Shown here: piece after piece, positions 29,758 to 39,201 of the stretch
How the letters are laid out: every line of letters begins with the position of its first letter
How positions within the stretch are numbered: the stretch's first letter is position 1
Source: an uncultured virus (IMG/VR IMGVR_UViG_3300034082_002390)
Lineage: Duplodnaviria; Heunggongvirae; Uroviricota; Caudoviricetes
Length of the DNA: 60,650 nucleotides
IMG/VR virus record: IMGVR_UViG_3300034082_002390
Strand: one strand, 5' to 3'
Notes under the pieces: model-generated
Database searches by the model: none
What the model saw: only the letters and a program-made list of their open reading frames with translations
What the model was told of the DNA's origin: nothing
Position numbers and translations under genes: made by a program

Positions 29758-30427
29758 AACGCAAGGCCCACTCATGCCGTGTTTGTCGCATGGCGTCAGA
29801 CTTGTAGATCTTTTTTTGATATCTGCGATTTTGGTATGTGTCATCGCCGTTGTTGCCGGTAACGTCAAACCTATCATGTATGACATTTACCGGCAACTCT
29901 TTAACTGCTCCTGCTTCGTGACAAATATCCTGTATCCACGAATCATTGCAGTTGCACAAACTCAATGTCCCAAATATGTCTATCCATGTGCGTGGGATAA
30001 AGGGAAATAAAGTTAATTTTTTATCAAAATTCGTAGTGGTCATGTGTAGCATGCCAACAAAGTCACTTTGTTCTGCCAAGCAAACATCCCAAGACTTGGT
30101 TTGCATCAACGCATCATCATTCCAAAGCAGTAGCCATTTGCCCTGTGCTTTGCTGGCCAACAAGTTGTAATAATTGTGCAATTCAATATAGCCCCAGGCT
30201 GGTGTTTCAAACACCTGTGTGCTTGCACCGTACCTGTTGATAAAATCTGTCCAGGCTGTTGAATTAAAATAATCTTTACTGGGCTGATCATCATGATCGT
30301 ACGCAATTGATATCTCAATTGATGTGGGGTCAGCGGCACACTCTAACAATGTTTGCACACTGCGATTGACCAATTCCACTCTGTTTCGAGTGGGTAGCAT
30401 AACTGTAACTAATGTATTTGATGTCAT
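29693..30427 (-). CDS. GT2-family glycosyltransferase
   Basis: VMLPTRNR, YDHDD, LLWNDDA; start refined to MTSNT at 30427. Confidence 0.75.
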   Translation of the reverse strand: MTSNTLVTVMLPTRNRVELVNRSVQTLLECAADPTSIEISIAYDHDDQPSKDYFNSTAWTDFINRYGASTQVFETPAWGYIELHNYYNLLASKAQGKWLLLWNDDALMQTKSWDVCLAEQSDFVGMLHMTTTNFDKKLTLFPFIPRTWIDIFGTLSLCNCNDSWIQDICHEAGAVKELPVNVIHDRFDVTGNNGDDTYQNRRYQKKIYKSDAMRQTRHEWALRFMEYRASNGACEPSIAQTEPR

Positions 30428-30473
30428 GTTGTACTTAGTAACCACACCGGCAGTCTAGTCTATAAATATCTAC

Positions 30474-31181
30474 ATGAACATTCCAGCATTTGTCATTGGC
30501 CTCAGCCAAATCCCAAGCTCAGCAGAGAGCTCTAAACGAGTAGTACAAGCTCTTGAAGATTTTGGAATTCATGCGCAACACTGGGAAGGCACATATGGCA
30601 ACGATGCCATTGAATTGTTCAAGAGACTTGGACGCGAAATCCAACCCACCAGCTTTAAAGGAAATCCAATTGATGCTGATTACATCAAATCATGTTCGCG
30701 TCCAGGGGTAATGGGCTGTTTCCATAGCCACTACAGGTTGTGGCAACACTGTGTTGATCTTGATACAAATATATTAATTTTTGAAGATGATGTTATATTT
30801 GAGCGTGGGTTTGAACCAGTTGAGTGGACTGATGTATTGTTAGTTGCAACTGGCAAGAGTGTGCACACACATGAATTTTATTCTGAAAAATTATACTCTC
30901 CTAGTGGTGATCCAGCGGCTGTTGGTTTCAAGGGAAAAGTCATGCCGGGTGCTGTGGGCTACGGACTCACGCCTGCTGGCGCAACCAAATTGGTCACTCA
31001 ATATTCACGCTATTATTTGCCCGCCGACAATGCCATGAATGCTACTGTGGTAGAACTGCAATGTCACAATTATCTAATGGGTAGAGCTGCCATTGACGTC
31101 GATGGCAAAAAAAGTCTTACCAAAACCAGCATGTGGCATAAAATGCTCAAACGCTCTGCCAATACTGCTCAGTCCGGGTAA
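30474..31181 (+). CDS. GT25-family glycosyltransferase
   Basis: FVIGL, GCFHSHYRLW, LIFEDDV, GYGLTPAGA, PAD. Confidence 0.85.
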   Translation: MNIPAFVIGLSQIPSSAESSKRVVQALEDFGIHAQHWEGTYGNDAIELFKRLGREIQPTSFKGNPIDADYIKSCSRPGVMGCFHSHYRLWQHCVDLDTNILIFEDDVIFERGFEPVEWTDVLLVATGKSVHTHEFYSEKLYSPSGDPAAVGFKGKVMPGAVGYGLTPAGATKLVTQYSRYYLPADNAMNATVVELQCHNYLMGRAAIDVDGKKSLTKTSMWHKMLKRSANTAQSG

Positions 31182-31959
31182 CTTTTAAATCCTTGGGTTT
31201 ACTGTGGCCCAGTTGTTTTCTATCACCTTTGAGGTGATCTAGGTATGCTCCCCAGGAAGTGTTGATCAAGGGATGGCCTTCACCCTGCACAATACCTTCA
31301 CTCCAGTTGAGTTCCCGCACTGACACCAAGGAACGCACATGGTCAAATACAAAACTATCATGCCATTCGTCAAGAGCAAATATATCTCCTTGGTCATACA
31401 GTGCTTGGAACTTTGCCAAGAACCGACGGCCTGTGCTTGACCCAATATTGATTGCATATAATCCACATTCGGTGTACTTGCCAGTTCGTCCCAGAAAGCA
31501 CAGATCATAATCGTTGCTGATCATTCGATTGAGATACTCAGTAGTGATCTCTGAGTGGCATACCATGTCGGCATCCATCCATATTAACCAGTCACTTTTG
31601 CAACACTGAGCTGCCGCAAAAATTGCATATACCTTGTGTGCAAATCTCACCGCATCCCATTTAAATCCTTTGCCAGCATCTCGTCGTTTTGAACGTACTG
31701 GGTCTGTTGATACATCACCGTTGGCCATGGGAACATGTTGCCACTTTTGTTTGAATGCACACAGTTCCGGACTGGCTTTTTCTAGATCAATTACCGCCAG
31801 GTTTGGCGCATGCTGTGTTACAACACAATTTTCAGCATAGGCCAACATGTTTACATCCGATGGCCATGTGTTTAAAAATGTTTCAATCATGCGCTGACCG
31901 TAGTCTAGATATCCTTTATGATTGAAAGTGGTAACAACTGAAAATTTATGTTGACTCAT
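31147..31959 (-). CDS. GT-A fold nucleotide-sugar transferase
   Basis: RFAHKVYAI, WLIWMDAD (DxD), WHDSFVFD, DHLKG; start refined to 31959. Confidence 0.7.
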   Translation of the reverse strand: MSQHKFSVVTTFNHKGYLDYGQRMIETFLNTWPSDVNMLAYAENCVVTQHAPNLAVIDLEKASPELCAFKQKWQHVPMANGDVSTDPVRSKRRDAGKGFKWDAVRFAHKVYAIFAAAQCCKSDWLIWMDADMVCHSEITTEYLNRMISNDYDLCFLGRTGKYTECGLYAINIGSSTGRRFLAKFQALYDQGDIFALDEWHDSFVFDHVRSLVSVRELNWSEGIVQGEGHPLINTSWGAYLDHLKGDRKQLGHSKPKDLKVTRTEQYWQSV

Positions 31960-31997
31960 GCGTTTGCCTGTTAAGTATAATAAAGTATTTACACACA

Positions 31998-32837
31998 ATG
32001 AAATTCTCCATTTATAATAATTTTGGTGCTGGTAATAGTGCACCTGTGTTTGCCGCATTTGAGCAAGGATTAACTAGACTTGGGCACACAGTTACACATC
32101 ACGACAACTCTGCAGATGTTGCTGTGATATGGAGTCAACTCTGGGCTGGCACCATGCAACAAAATCTCCCAGTATGGCAATTGTATCGCAATAGCAATCG
32201 ACCAGTTGTGGTACTTGAAGTTGGGGCAATAAACCGTGGACATACCTGGAAAATATTGCCAAATGGTGTTAATCGCATTGTACTCAGTGGCAACAGCTCT
32301 AGTCGTAGTCAACAGTTGGGCATAAACTCCTTGCCCTGGACCAACTCAGGAGAGCATGTGTTGATTGCGTTGCAGAGGCCAGAAAGCAATCAGTGGCACG
32401 GACAACCACAGATGCAATCTTGGCTAAACACTGTGGTGGATGAAATACAACAACACACTGATCGACCCATTGTGATCAGAAAGCATCCTAGATTTCGTGC
32501 TGTGACTATTCCCAGTGGATGTTCAGAGCAATTACCAACAAAAATTGCCAACACATACGACACGTTTGACTTTGATCAGTCACTGCGCAATGCCTGGGCA
32601 GTTGTTAACTGGAATAGCAATCCCGGTATTAATGCAGTGCTTAACGGAGTACCAGCCTTTGTTGGGCCTTCTAGTATTGCAGTGTCGGTGGCCAATACCA
32701 GCTTTGATAATCTTGACAATCCAGCAAGACCTGATCGAACACAATGGATTAATGATTTGGCTTGGACTGAATGGACTACTCACGAAATTGCCACTGGAGA
32801 ACCAGTGGCAATTTACTTGTCCGAGATCAACGATTAA
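31998..32837 (+). CDS. Capsule-biosynthesis-like protein, paralog-like to 28816..29757
   Basis: HVLIALQ, IVIRKHP, WAVVNWNSNPGINAVLNGVP, R.QW..L.W.EW..EI..G. Confidence 0.6.
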   Translation: MKFSIYNNFGAGNSAPVFAAFEQGLTRLGHTVTHHDNSADVAVIWSQLWAGTMQQNLPVWQLYRNSNRPVVVLEVGAINRGHTWKILPNGVNRIVLSGNSSSRSQQLGINSLPWTNSGEHVLIALQRPESNQWHGQPQMQSWLNTVVDEIQQHTDRPIVIRKHPRFRAVTIPSGCSEQLPTKIANTYDTFDFDQSLRNAWAVVNWNSNPGINAVLNGVPAFVGPSSIAVSVANTSFDNLDNPARPDRTQWINDLAWTEWTTHEIATGEPVAIYLSEIND

Positions 32838-33286
32838 ACTTGAATGTCTTCCATGCCGGCTGTGCGTAGTCGAACCACATGCCCCATTTGCCATTGCTTG
32901 GTATCAAGACCTTTCATGATTCCCAACCATTTGTTACGCAACAGTGCCACTTCGTTGATGATAGTTTCAAAGTCGATAACCTCATCCTCACCATCCACGT
33001 ACTTTTCGGCGTCACGAGCAGTGAGTGCTCGTGCATAATTTTCTAAGTACTTTTGAAAATGGCGTCGACGGATTTTGCGTAGTTGTATGTTTAGGAGATT
33101 GAGTACTGCCTCAATCTCCTGTAACTGGTTAAATCTATGTTCGGTAATACCAGGTAATGCTGTGATGTTGCGTTCAACCACACCGGAAATACGGCATTCG
33201 GATTTGGCAGACAATAGTTCTTTTTCGTAATGTGAGATAAAGTCTGGTATCGTCCCAAGGTCAGCAACCACACGGCTATACCACAT
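32834..33286 (-). CDS. uvsY: Recombination mediator UvsY-like
   Basis: 150-aa helical protein with KYVDGEDE motif, downstream of uvsX. Confidence 0.65.
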   Translation of the reverse strand: MWYSRVVADLGTIPDFISHYEKELLSAKSECRISGVVERNITALPGITEHRFNQLQEIEAVLNLLNIQLRKIRRRHFQKYLENYARALTARDAEKYVDGEDEVIDFETIINEVALLRNKWLGIMKGLDTKQWQMGHVVRLRTAGMEDIQV

Positions 33287-33549
33287 TAGTTTTCCCAGTC
33301 TTCGTTTTCGTCGTAGTCTTCATCTATGTCTTCGTCATCCTCTTCATCAAGGTCTTCACCATTGTCGAGATATGAAGCCAAGGCACGTTTGATGTCGCTA
33401 TCGCCTTTAAAGGCATCACGAATGCCATCAGCGTCACTGTCGTTCTCCATTAGGATTTGAACCACAGTGTCTGCTGCCTCTGCGCGATCCACAGTATTGA
33501 TATACCGTTTTAGTTCGCCCCAAATTTCACTAGTTACACGTTCGCTCAT
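33286..33549 (-). CDS. Small acidic hypothetical protein
   Basis: 87 aa with D/E-rich tail. Confidence 0.7.
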   Translation of the reverse strand: MSERVTSEIWGELKRYINTVDRAEAADTVVQILMENDSDADGIRDAFKGDSDIKRALASYLDNGEDLDEEDDEDIDEDYDENEDWEN

Positions 33550-34601
33550 TCAGCGTCCTCCTCCACGATACTTACCTCTTCCTTCTGATTTCCAAAATCG
33601 CTCATTACAGTATCCAGGCAAGCATCATCATTGCGTTCCCAACCTTTGCGGAACTTCTTGATGATTTCGCCTTGGCTTGATGTGAACACTAGGCTATTGC
33701 CTTCTTTCTTGAGCAGGCCTTTTTTCTCAATCAAGTCTGTCAATCCCGAGTAAGGACTCATACCCGTAGTGTAAGGAATCTTGACCTGAACGCCTTCAAA
33801 AGGCTTGGCATAGCGTGTTTTCATAACTTTACAGCCTGCACGGATACCGTTGACTTCAGAGACTTTGTTGCCGTCCTCGTCTTCTTTGAGCTTCATCTTT
33901 TTCATTGCTACCACGATACTGCTGGCGTAGATGAAACCTTGACCACCGGAGATCTTGTCATCAGGATCAAACATGTCCTGACTTGCGTATGTGTGGTTGG
34001 TACATACCAAGCCCACGTTATAGCTACCAAACATGTTCACACAGTTACGCACCAAAGCGGTAAGTGCTTTGGGCTTGCGACCCAAGTCACCCTTCATTTC
34101 GCCTGCTTCAAACTGGTTGACGTCTGTGGGAGTCAACAACATACCCAGGCTGTCAATCACAAACAATACCTTGGGACGCTCGCCGTCTGCCAGTGCTTTG
34201 TAGTCACTCATAAATGTTGAAATTGTTTTAGCAACGTCATCAATCATGGCCATACTGAGTTTAAGAAGTTTGTCTGGACCTGTGTCAACCCCAAGTGCTT
34301 TGAGCCAGTCTTCATCCAGTGCGTTTTCACTGTCAATCAACACCACAAAGATACCTTGTTCTTGTGCGTGTTTAACAATGTTGCCTGAACAGATGTAGCT
34401 TTTGCCTGCACCCGAGTCACCAGCAAACACAGTGACTTTGCCCAAAGGAATGCCACGGTTAAAGTCGCCGCTGATCAAATAGTTTAAGGCAAAGTTGCCC
34501 GTGGAGATCCAGTCTGTCGGATCATTAAAGCCAATACTAAGGCCTTCGATACTTTTTGTAATTTCCTTACGAAATTTACTTACGTCAAATGGTTTTCCCA
34601 T
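33546..34601 (-). CDS. uvsX: RecA/UvsX recombinase
   Basis: GDSGAGKS, IDSENA, VIDSLG, NHTY, SGGQG. Confidence 0.93.
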   Translation of the reverse strand: MGKPFDVSKFRKEITKSIEGLSIGFNDPTDWISTGNFALNYLISGDFNRGIPLGKVTVFAGDSGAGKSYICSGNIVKHAQEQGIFVVLIDSENALDEDWLKALGVDTGPDKLLKLSMAMIDDVAKTISTFMSDYKALADGERPKVLFVIDSLGMLLTPTDVNQFEAGEMKGDLGRKPKALTALVRNCVNMFGSYNVGLVCTNHTYASQDMFDPDDKISGGQGFIYASSIVVAMKKMKLKEDEDGNKVSEVNGIRAGCKVMKTRYAKPFEGVQVKIPYTTGMSPYSGLTDLIEKKGLLKKEGNSLVFTSSQGEIIKKFRKGWERNDDACLDTVMSDFGNQKEEVSIVEEDAE

Positions 34602-34623
34602 ACTTGTTCCTTGAAGATGATAA

Positions 34624-34648
34624 AGAGAGAGCTGATTCAGCTCTCTCT
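34624..34648 (-). terminator. Hairpin/terminator between ssb and uvsX
   Basis: AGAGAGAGCTG-att-CAGCTCTCTCT perfect 11-bp stem. Confidence 0.65.
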
Positions 34649-34656
34649 AGTGCAGA

Positions 34657-35640
34657 TTACTGCTTTTGACGGCTACGAATCATAGCCAGGATGTCTTCGG
34701 CTTTTTGTGTAGGCTTGGCTGCGCTGACCGGAGCCGATGCCATTGGAGTGTCATCTTCGTCATCAAAACCAGATGCTGGTGCCGGTGCTGGTGCTGCCTT
34801 GGCAGGCTGTGAATCACTGTTGCTGTCAGCAGTGCTACCGGCTGGAGCATTAACGCCTGCAGGGCGGAAGTACTGCCCCCAACGTTCTGTGTCGTATGGT
34901 TGACCATCTACTGATGCTTCAAACATCTCTTTCATCACACGCAACTCAACATCGGTTGGCTTCTTGGGCAAGAATGTACTGAGATCAAACAAACCATGTG
35001 TTTCCACAGCAGCCTGTTCAGCTTCAGTCAAGGCAGATTCTTTACGAGCCCACTTGCTTGAGTTGTAGTCAGCAAAGCCACCCTTGCTTGTTTTAGTGAT
35101 ACGGAAGTCTAGACCACGTTGTAAATCAGTTGGCAATTCTTCCAACTCAGGATCCATGAGTGCACCTTTGATCAAGGTAAACAACTGGGGTCCAATGATA
35201 AAGCGTCGAATTGGATTCTCTGGTGTCTTGTCGTCACCAATTGGGTTTTCACGAACAAACCCTTGGAAGATATATGAACGTTTCTTCCAGTATTTGCGAC
35301 CCATTTCTTCAAGGCTCTTGTCCTTGAACCAGGTGCGCACTTCTGCCAGAATTGGGCAGGCGTCTCCCCACATTTCAACGCAAGGTACTTGTACCATAAC
35401 TTGCTTGGAATCCATTTCTCCCTTGATGCCATTGAATGGCAATCGAATCATGGCACGTTCTGCCCAGAAAAATGTATTTTTTGTATTGCCGTCGGGGAGG
35501 AAGCGTAGTGTGGCCGATTGGCCTTCGTCCATGTTCCAGTGAGGGTAAATTGATTTATCACCTCCACCTTGCGAACCTTGTCCGCCTTTGTTGCCTTCTG
35601 CTGCCTGTAGTCGTGCGCGAATGTCTGCTAAAGTTGCCAT
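34657..35640 (-). CDS. Single-stranded DNA-binding protein (gp32-like)
   Basis: LRFLPD, C....CP, ADYNSSKW, acidic/Pro-rich tail; AAGGAG SD. Confidence 0.88.
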   Translation of the reverse strand: MATLADIRARLQAAEGNKGGQGSQGGGDKSIYPHWNMDEGQSATLRFLPDGNTKNTFFWAERAMIRLPFNGIKGEMDSKQVMVQVPCVEMWGDACPILAEVRTWFKDKSLEEMGRKYWKKRSYIFQGFVRENPIGDDKTPENPIRRFIIGPQLFTLIKGALMDPELEELPTDLQRGLDFRITKTSKGGFADYNSSKWARKESALTEAEQAAVETHGLFDLSTFLPKKPTDVELRVMKEMFEASVDGQPYDTERWGQYFRPAGVNAPAGSTADSNSDSQPAKAAPAPAPASGFDDEDDTPMASAPVSAAKPTQKAEDILAMIRSRQKQ

Positions 35641-35717
35641 AGTTTTTCTCCTTAATAAGTTGCCTATGTATATGCCTATCTAAAATTAGATGTAAGTTGC
35701 CTGTGCATACAAGTTGT

Positions 35718-35746
35718 ATTGTACACGCTTCTATTTAGCAAGTCAA
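35718..35746 (-). promoter_or_regulatory. sigma70-type promoter of ssb, with a TAAATA box in the spacer
   Basis: TTGACT-17 nt-TACAAT; TAAATA at 35732-35737. Confidence 0.7.
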
Positions 35747-35751
35747 AGGAA

Positions 35752-35771
35752 AAGGCAGAAAAATCTGCCTT
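35752..35771 (-). terminator. Intrinsic terminator
   Basis: AAGGCAGA-4 nt-TCTGCCTT followed by a T-rich run on the minus strand. Confidence 0.7.
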
Positions 35772-35795
35772 ATTTTATCAGAAGTTGATTCTAGG

Positions 35796-37553
35796 TCAAC
35801 TGCTCATGTTTGACGGTTTGGTCATCATGACTCCGTCAGTATCAAGGTCTTCTGTGGTATTTTGTCCTAACAGTCGGCGTAGACGAACAATGTCGTCTTC
35901 TGCTTCTGGTAGGTTTGGTTCAGGGTGACGTCCTAATCTGTCAGCTACACGACTTTTTATGGTCTTAGCATCTTGCTTGTTCATTACACCAGCCTTGGTT
36001 GTGCGGAAGTTACCACCTGGTTGGCTTGGCTGTCCTAGATTGCTGCCGCGTGGGCCACCACGACCATCGTCTCTACCAAAATATTGTTGATTTCTTGCAT
36101 TGGTCAATTGATCTAATACATCCTGACCAAACCTTTGTGCAACATACTGGTCAATAGCATCATCTTCACTGTAGTCCATGTCGTTGCCGTAACCTTCGTA
36201 ATCATAGATATACAAGGCACGTTTGAACACATCGTTTACGGAAGGATTCTTGCTGAGATCCAATGGCTCTGATCCATCGTATCCGGAGCCTTCTGTTACA
36301 CCTTGATCGCCAGCAGTTGATCCCGCGGTGGGTGTGATATCAATGCCAAGCTCGCCTAGTCGATCAACAATAGCCGGATCATCCCAACAGTTGGCGTTGG
36401 GGTCTTGATCTGCCAAGTCGTTTAATCGATCAAACAATTCGTCGTCGCCAACAAGATCATACAGTTGTTCTGTAGCGTTGGTTGCGTCAGGCCCCACTAT
36501 CAGTGGTTTACTCATTAGCTCTTTTAACTTGGCTTCTGCTTCTGGGGTTTCAGGTAGTGCCCAAGTTCCTTCCATGACCTTGTTGGTCCAGGATTCAAAT
36601 TCATCTACTTCTTTCATGCTATCTTCCTTTGTGTTTGGTGCTAGTTTTGCTAGTATGGGCAAAGCTTCTTCAATTCTGTGGTCAATACTCTGTTCAATAA
36701 ACATGTCACGTATGGCATCGGCTGCAACATTGCTATCAGTCAGTTCGCTAGGGTCGTAGGATTCACGCTCTAATTGATATCCGCGCTGTCCAATCATGCG
36801 TTTGGCCTTGGCTTTAAGATCGCTATAATGTCGAACTGCTGCTTCTACCAAGCTAGAAGTATCGCCAGAAAACTTTTTTGTCCTTGCGGCACGGATAAAT
36901 CTACCCAATGTGCCCATTTCTTCAACTATCTCTGCAATGTGCTGACCAAATGCATCATATGGCGTTCCGCCCTCGGACACGTGTCGAGCCATGATACGTC
37001 CACCAAGTAGGTTACGGAATGGTAATTTGAATCGTTCGCCGTCGGCTGTTTCTACAAATAAACTTTCAATGGCACGATATCTGGCCTCACCCTCACCCAA
37101 GTCTCGATTGTGTTTGATCATCAATCGAGTTTGTTGTGGTTGATCACTGTAGCTTATGCGTTTTTTTCCATAGTAGCCCTCAAACAATCCCTCCTTGATA
37201 GCAGATATCCCTTGCATGGTATATTTTAATCTATTGATATTGTTGAGTTGAAACGTTAGTAGATTGCGTGTGGAAAATGTTTTGAGTTGTTCTAGAAACT
37301 GATACCATTCACTTTTGTCATCGCCTTCCATGGTACGACCAATATTGTCCCCAAAATACACCTCCATGTTGCTGTGATCGTCAATCAAGATAACCACTGT
37401 TCCGTAATCATGCGAATCTGTTTTCCAGTTAAAACTGAACATGTCAGCTTTGCTGGGATCCATTACTGATTTTCCAGCAGAATCCAAGAGCTCAGGTTCG
37501 AGGTTGCGTGTGACCAGAAGGTCGTAAAGTGAGTTGGCTGCGTTATTGTCCAT
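35796..37553 (-). CDS. Large acidic hypothetical protein, probable processed head protein
   Basis: 585 aa; TAAATA 6 nt before ATG; IKEG, LFEG, VMEG, VTEG sites. Confidence 0.65.
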   Translation of the reverse strand: MDNNAANSLYDLLVTRNLEPELLDSAGKSVMDPSKADMFSFNWKTDSHDYGTVVILIDDHSNMEVYFGDNIGRTMEGDDKSEWYQFLEQLKTFSTRNLLTFQLNNINRLKYTMQGISAIKEGLFEGYYGKKRISYSDQPQQTRLMIKHNRDLGEGEARYRAIESLFVETADGERFKLPFRNLLGGRIMARHVSEGGTPYDAFGQHIAEIVEEMGTLGRFIRAARTKKFSGDTSSLVEAAVRHYSDLKAKAKRMIGQRGYQLERESYDPSELTDSNVAADAIRDMFIEQSIDHRIEEALPILAKLAPNTKEDSMKEVDEFESWTNKVMEGTWALPETPEAEAKLKELMSKPLIVGPDATNATEQLYDLVGDDELFDRLNDLADQDPNANCWDDPAIVDRLGELGIDITPTAGSTAGDQGVTEGSGYDGSEPLDLSKNPSVNDVFKRALYIYDYEGYGNDMDYSEDDAIDQYVAQRFGQDVLDQLTNARNQQYFGRDDGRGGPRGSNLGQPSQPGGNFRTTKAGVMNKQDAKTIKSRVADRLGRHPEPNLPEAEDDIVRLRRLLGQNTTEDLDTDGVMMTKPSNMSS

Positions 37554-37565
37554 ATGGTGTATTTA

Positions 37566-39131
37566 TTATAAAGTCATTACAAACGGTAAAGGTTCAATAA
37601 AGGTGTCTTGATGATCTCGCATTTGTGTGTCAAGTTCCACGTGATAATTTTGCAATAACTGTAACATACGAACCACTAGCAATGTGGCCATCACAAGATC
37701 GTCAGTTTCTCCTTGCTTGGCTGCATAACCTGCACCCGAGGCAACAAAATTCTTGAACTCTGTAATTAAACTTCTACTGGAAATTGCCATTCTACCAGTT
37801 TCTATTAGATGTTTGACTTTTGCACAAGCAGCTAGTTTAGGTTTGTTTGATGTATTAAATCCCTTGCGATACTTGCGCGATCCTCCTGCGCCCGCTTCAC
37901 TAAGAAAATATCCTTGGATGTTGTCTTCTCCGTATTCTGCAATCGAGATCAAGGCAGCTTCGCCAATTGTATTGTTTTCTACTGTGTAATAAATGCTTTT
38001 TGGAGATTTAACAACATCGTTGATGTGCGATATAATTGATGCCAGGATACGAATTTGTGTGGGTATATCTGTTTTGTTGTGGCGCCACTCAGCTACTTGT
38101 ACTGTGGTGTTTGCTTCAAACACTTGGATGGCTGCCGGATCACCGCCTGTGCCCAGACTTGGATCAAGTCCAATAGCATAAATTTTACCTGCTTCGGGTT
38201 TTCGATACCAACGCACTTCCCCAGTTTTGTACAAGGGTTCAACTCCTTCAAGTTCAATTAATTTAGCAGGTGCAATCAGTGTTTCATCGGCAATAATGAA
38301 TTCGCAATCCATCTCTCGGCGAAATCGATCCACACCAAGAGCAGCACGTTGTTGTGCGGCCCAGCTCTCGTCACGGTCCGGGTGTTCATTCCAAAAACTA
38401 CGATATGCTTTGAAACCATTGACACCTAGTCTAGTTGGATTGCCGTACTCATCTTCGCACTTGTTGGCGCCTTTCCACAACAAGGCAAATTGATCTTCGT
38501 CGCTGTTGGGAGTGCTTGTGATAATTGCCTTACCACCAGTGGCCAGTGTGGGGCTGATAGAAGTCCAAAATTCTGTAGCAATAGTTGGTCGCACAAACGC
38601 GAACTCGTCAGCATACAATAAGGATATAGACATACCACGACCAGTGTTTTCAGTAGTGGTAGCACTTACAATACGACTACCGTTATCAAACTCTAAACTA
38701 CCTTTGTTGTAACTGGTAACACCTGCTCGAATATGGTTTGGCACGCTTTCATATGCATACCGAACACGTTGCATAATTTCCTGGGCACCGGTGTACTTGT
38801 GTGCAGCCACTAAAATAGTCGAGTCGGGCACAAACATTGCATACCATAACAAGTAACCCGCAGCTGAAGTAGATTTACCAGTCTGTCGAGGCATCAAACT
38901 AATACTGTAACGATAGTTGTGATATACCTCAATCAAGCGCCGTTGATACTCAAAAGGATGATATACCATTCGTCCACGAGTAGGGTGCTGAATATAGAAA
39001 AAATGGTCCATGAAATACAACGGACCGGTAATGGGGTCAGCACACTTGGCAAACTCGTCCAGTTGCTCGTCTGAGTAAGACACCAGTTGATATGGCGACT
39101 TTGTTAGAACGGACTCTAACACCTTGCTCAT
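37566..39131 (-). CDS. terL: Terminase large subunit (gp17-like)
   Basis: PRQTGKST Walker A, LYADEFAF Walker B, ITSTPN, GLDPSLG, DDLVMA. Confidence 0.95.
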   Translation of the reverse strand: MSKVLESVLTKSPYQLVSYSDEQLDEFAKCADPITGPLYFMDHFFYIQHPTRGRMVYHPFEYQRRLIEVYHNYRYSISLMPRQTGKSTSAAGYLLWYAMFVPDSTILVAAHKYTGAQEIMQRVRYAYESVPNHIRAGVTSYNKGSLEFDNGSRIVSATTTENTGRGMSISLLYADEFAFVRPTIATEFWTSISPTLATGGKAIITSTPNSDEDQFALLWKGANKCEDEYGNPTRLGVNGFKAYRSFWNEHPDRDESWAAQQRAALGVDRFRREMDCEFIIADETLIAPAKLIELEGVEPLYKTGEVRWYRKPEAGKIYAIGLDPSLGTGGDPAAIQVFEANTTVQVAEWRHNKTDIPTQIRILASIISHINDVVKSPKSIYYTVENNTIGEAALISIAEYGEDNIQGYFLSEAGAGGSRKYRKGFNTSNKPKLAACAKVKHLIETGRMAISSRSLITEFKNFVASGAGYAAKQGETDDLVMATLLVVRMLQLLQNYHVELDTQMRDHQDTFIEPLPFVMTL

Positions 39132-39201
39132 GAGTTGTTACCTTTTGGGGATTTTTTGATCATGCAGTATTTACACGACCTTTAGCGCAGAAAGTTATTA
39201 G

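Noticed and set aside
37566..39131. Introns or inteins in terL, helicase, uvsX or nrdA
   Set aside because: Lengths and motif spacing are ordinary, with no splice-junction motifs seen
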